Shown one piece after another: positions 63,375-64,000 of a stretch of DNA of 64,000 nt. Below the pieces are notes generated by a model. The model ran no database searches. It was given only the letters and a program-made list of their open reading frames with translations, and was not told the DNA's origin. This DNA comes from Andalucia godoyi And28. Lineage: Eukaryota > Protista > Jakobida. How positions within the stretch are numbered: position 1 is the stretch's first letter; each line of letters starts with the position of its first letter. The stretch covers positions 64,607 through 128,606 of the forward strand of contig VRVR01000017.1 of the NCBI GenBank assembly GCA_009859145.1. Direction: 5' to 3'. Position numbers and translations under genes: made by a program.

Positions 63375-64000
63375 ATGCCTGCACATTTGGAGCGCCGAGA
63401 CTTCGATAAAATACTAGATCAGTTGAAATCAGAGCCAGCAAACGAATTGCTGGTCGATGATTCAGTTGTCAAGGTGCTTCTTGATGCAGCTGCAAACGTT
63501 GGTGATGAATCCGACGCAAGAATCACGGCGGCCATTCTCGTGGAAGTGTCTAAAAGAAAACCTGTGAATCAAGCCCTGATATTGAGTTCTCTCAGCCAAT
63601 TTTCTGTGCGCTTGCCGGCACAGCTCGCACTGGTTTTTTGGGATGCTGTACAAGAGCTTGGAGTTTTTTGCAACGACCAGGCACTGTTGGATGCGATGAA
63701 GACCTTTGGAAGTCATAAGAACCAGAAGGTACGCCGAAAATTCTGGGAAATGCTGTTGTCGAAGAATGCAGAATTGTCGGTGTGTAAGTCTGCACCACTC
63801 TGTGCTGTGATGTTAAGTCACGCGAGTGTCGAAACGGATTCAGTGGTGTGTCAGTGCTTCCTTCCTTTTTTGGTACAAATTCAGACAGACCATCCCCTTC
63901 TTGAAAAAGAGGTGATGCGTGTGCTGTTTTTGTACCGAATTCGCTTCCCAGACATGCATCATCCAGGTGTGTCTTCCACTGCCGCTTCTCAGTTTATCAA
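63375..64000 (+). CDS. 5' part of a helical (ARM/HEAT-like) hypothetical protein running off the window
   Basis: ATG 63375 (MPAHLERRDFDKILDQL...) and the frame is open to base 64000; not in the supplied ORF track. Confidence 0.7.
   Translation, partial: MPAHLERRDFDKILDQLKSEPANELLVDDSVVKVLLDAAANVGDESDARITAAILVEVSKRKPVNQALILSSLSQFSVRLPAQLALVFWDAVQELGVFCNDQALLDAMKTFGSHKNQKVRRKFWEMLLSKNAELSVCKSAPLCAVMLSHASVETDSVVCQCFLPFLVQIQTDHPLLEKEVMRVLFLYRIRFPDMHHPGVSSTAASQFI

Noticed and set aside
1-64000. CRISPR arrays, tRNA or rRNA genes
   Set aside because: No regularly spaced repeats, cloverleafs or rRNA signature sequences seen.

Overview
Gene-dense, intron-poor eukaryotic (protist-like) genomic DNA in the standard genetic code, with microsatellite- and poly-T-rich intergenic spacers. 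At least one clear spliceosomal intron is present (GTATGT...CTGAC...CAG). About 30 protein-coding genes are present, mostly housekeeping: subtilase, DGAT1/ACAT, TIM17, LCMT1, ankyrin protein, vWA-RING/IBR protein, DERA, KH protein, SGNH hydrolase, countin-like protein, amino-acid permease, ASH-domain protein, PDCD2/TSR4, ERMP1, DUF971, a full-length Dicer, NAT9, cyclin B, CCDC77, CLN3, FARSB and RER1. The organism cannot be determined from sequence alone; ciliary/centriolar genes suggest a flagellated protist (inference). The main finding is four short non-autonomous elements (A 939-1439 minus, C 15146-15506, B 53556-54065, D 59729-60349) derived from a TnpB/Fanzor2 (IS607-like) RNA-guided nuclease transposon. 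All four start at CCG(C/T)TG, end in TGTAGGCG and keep the RuvC-III IDRDWNGARNI remnant (1-nt lesion in A/B). All four also keep a structured 3' end that looks like an omegaRNA scaffold (UUCG and GCAA tetraloop hairpins in A/B, and a GCCTAC/GTAGGC long-range pairing in all four). Each abuts a different potential guide sequence. No intact nuclease gene is in the window. There is also a decayed IS630/Tc1-like transposase and a diverged dispersed repeat.
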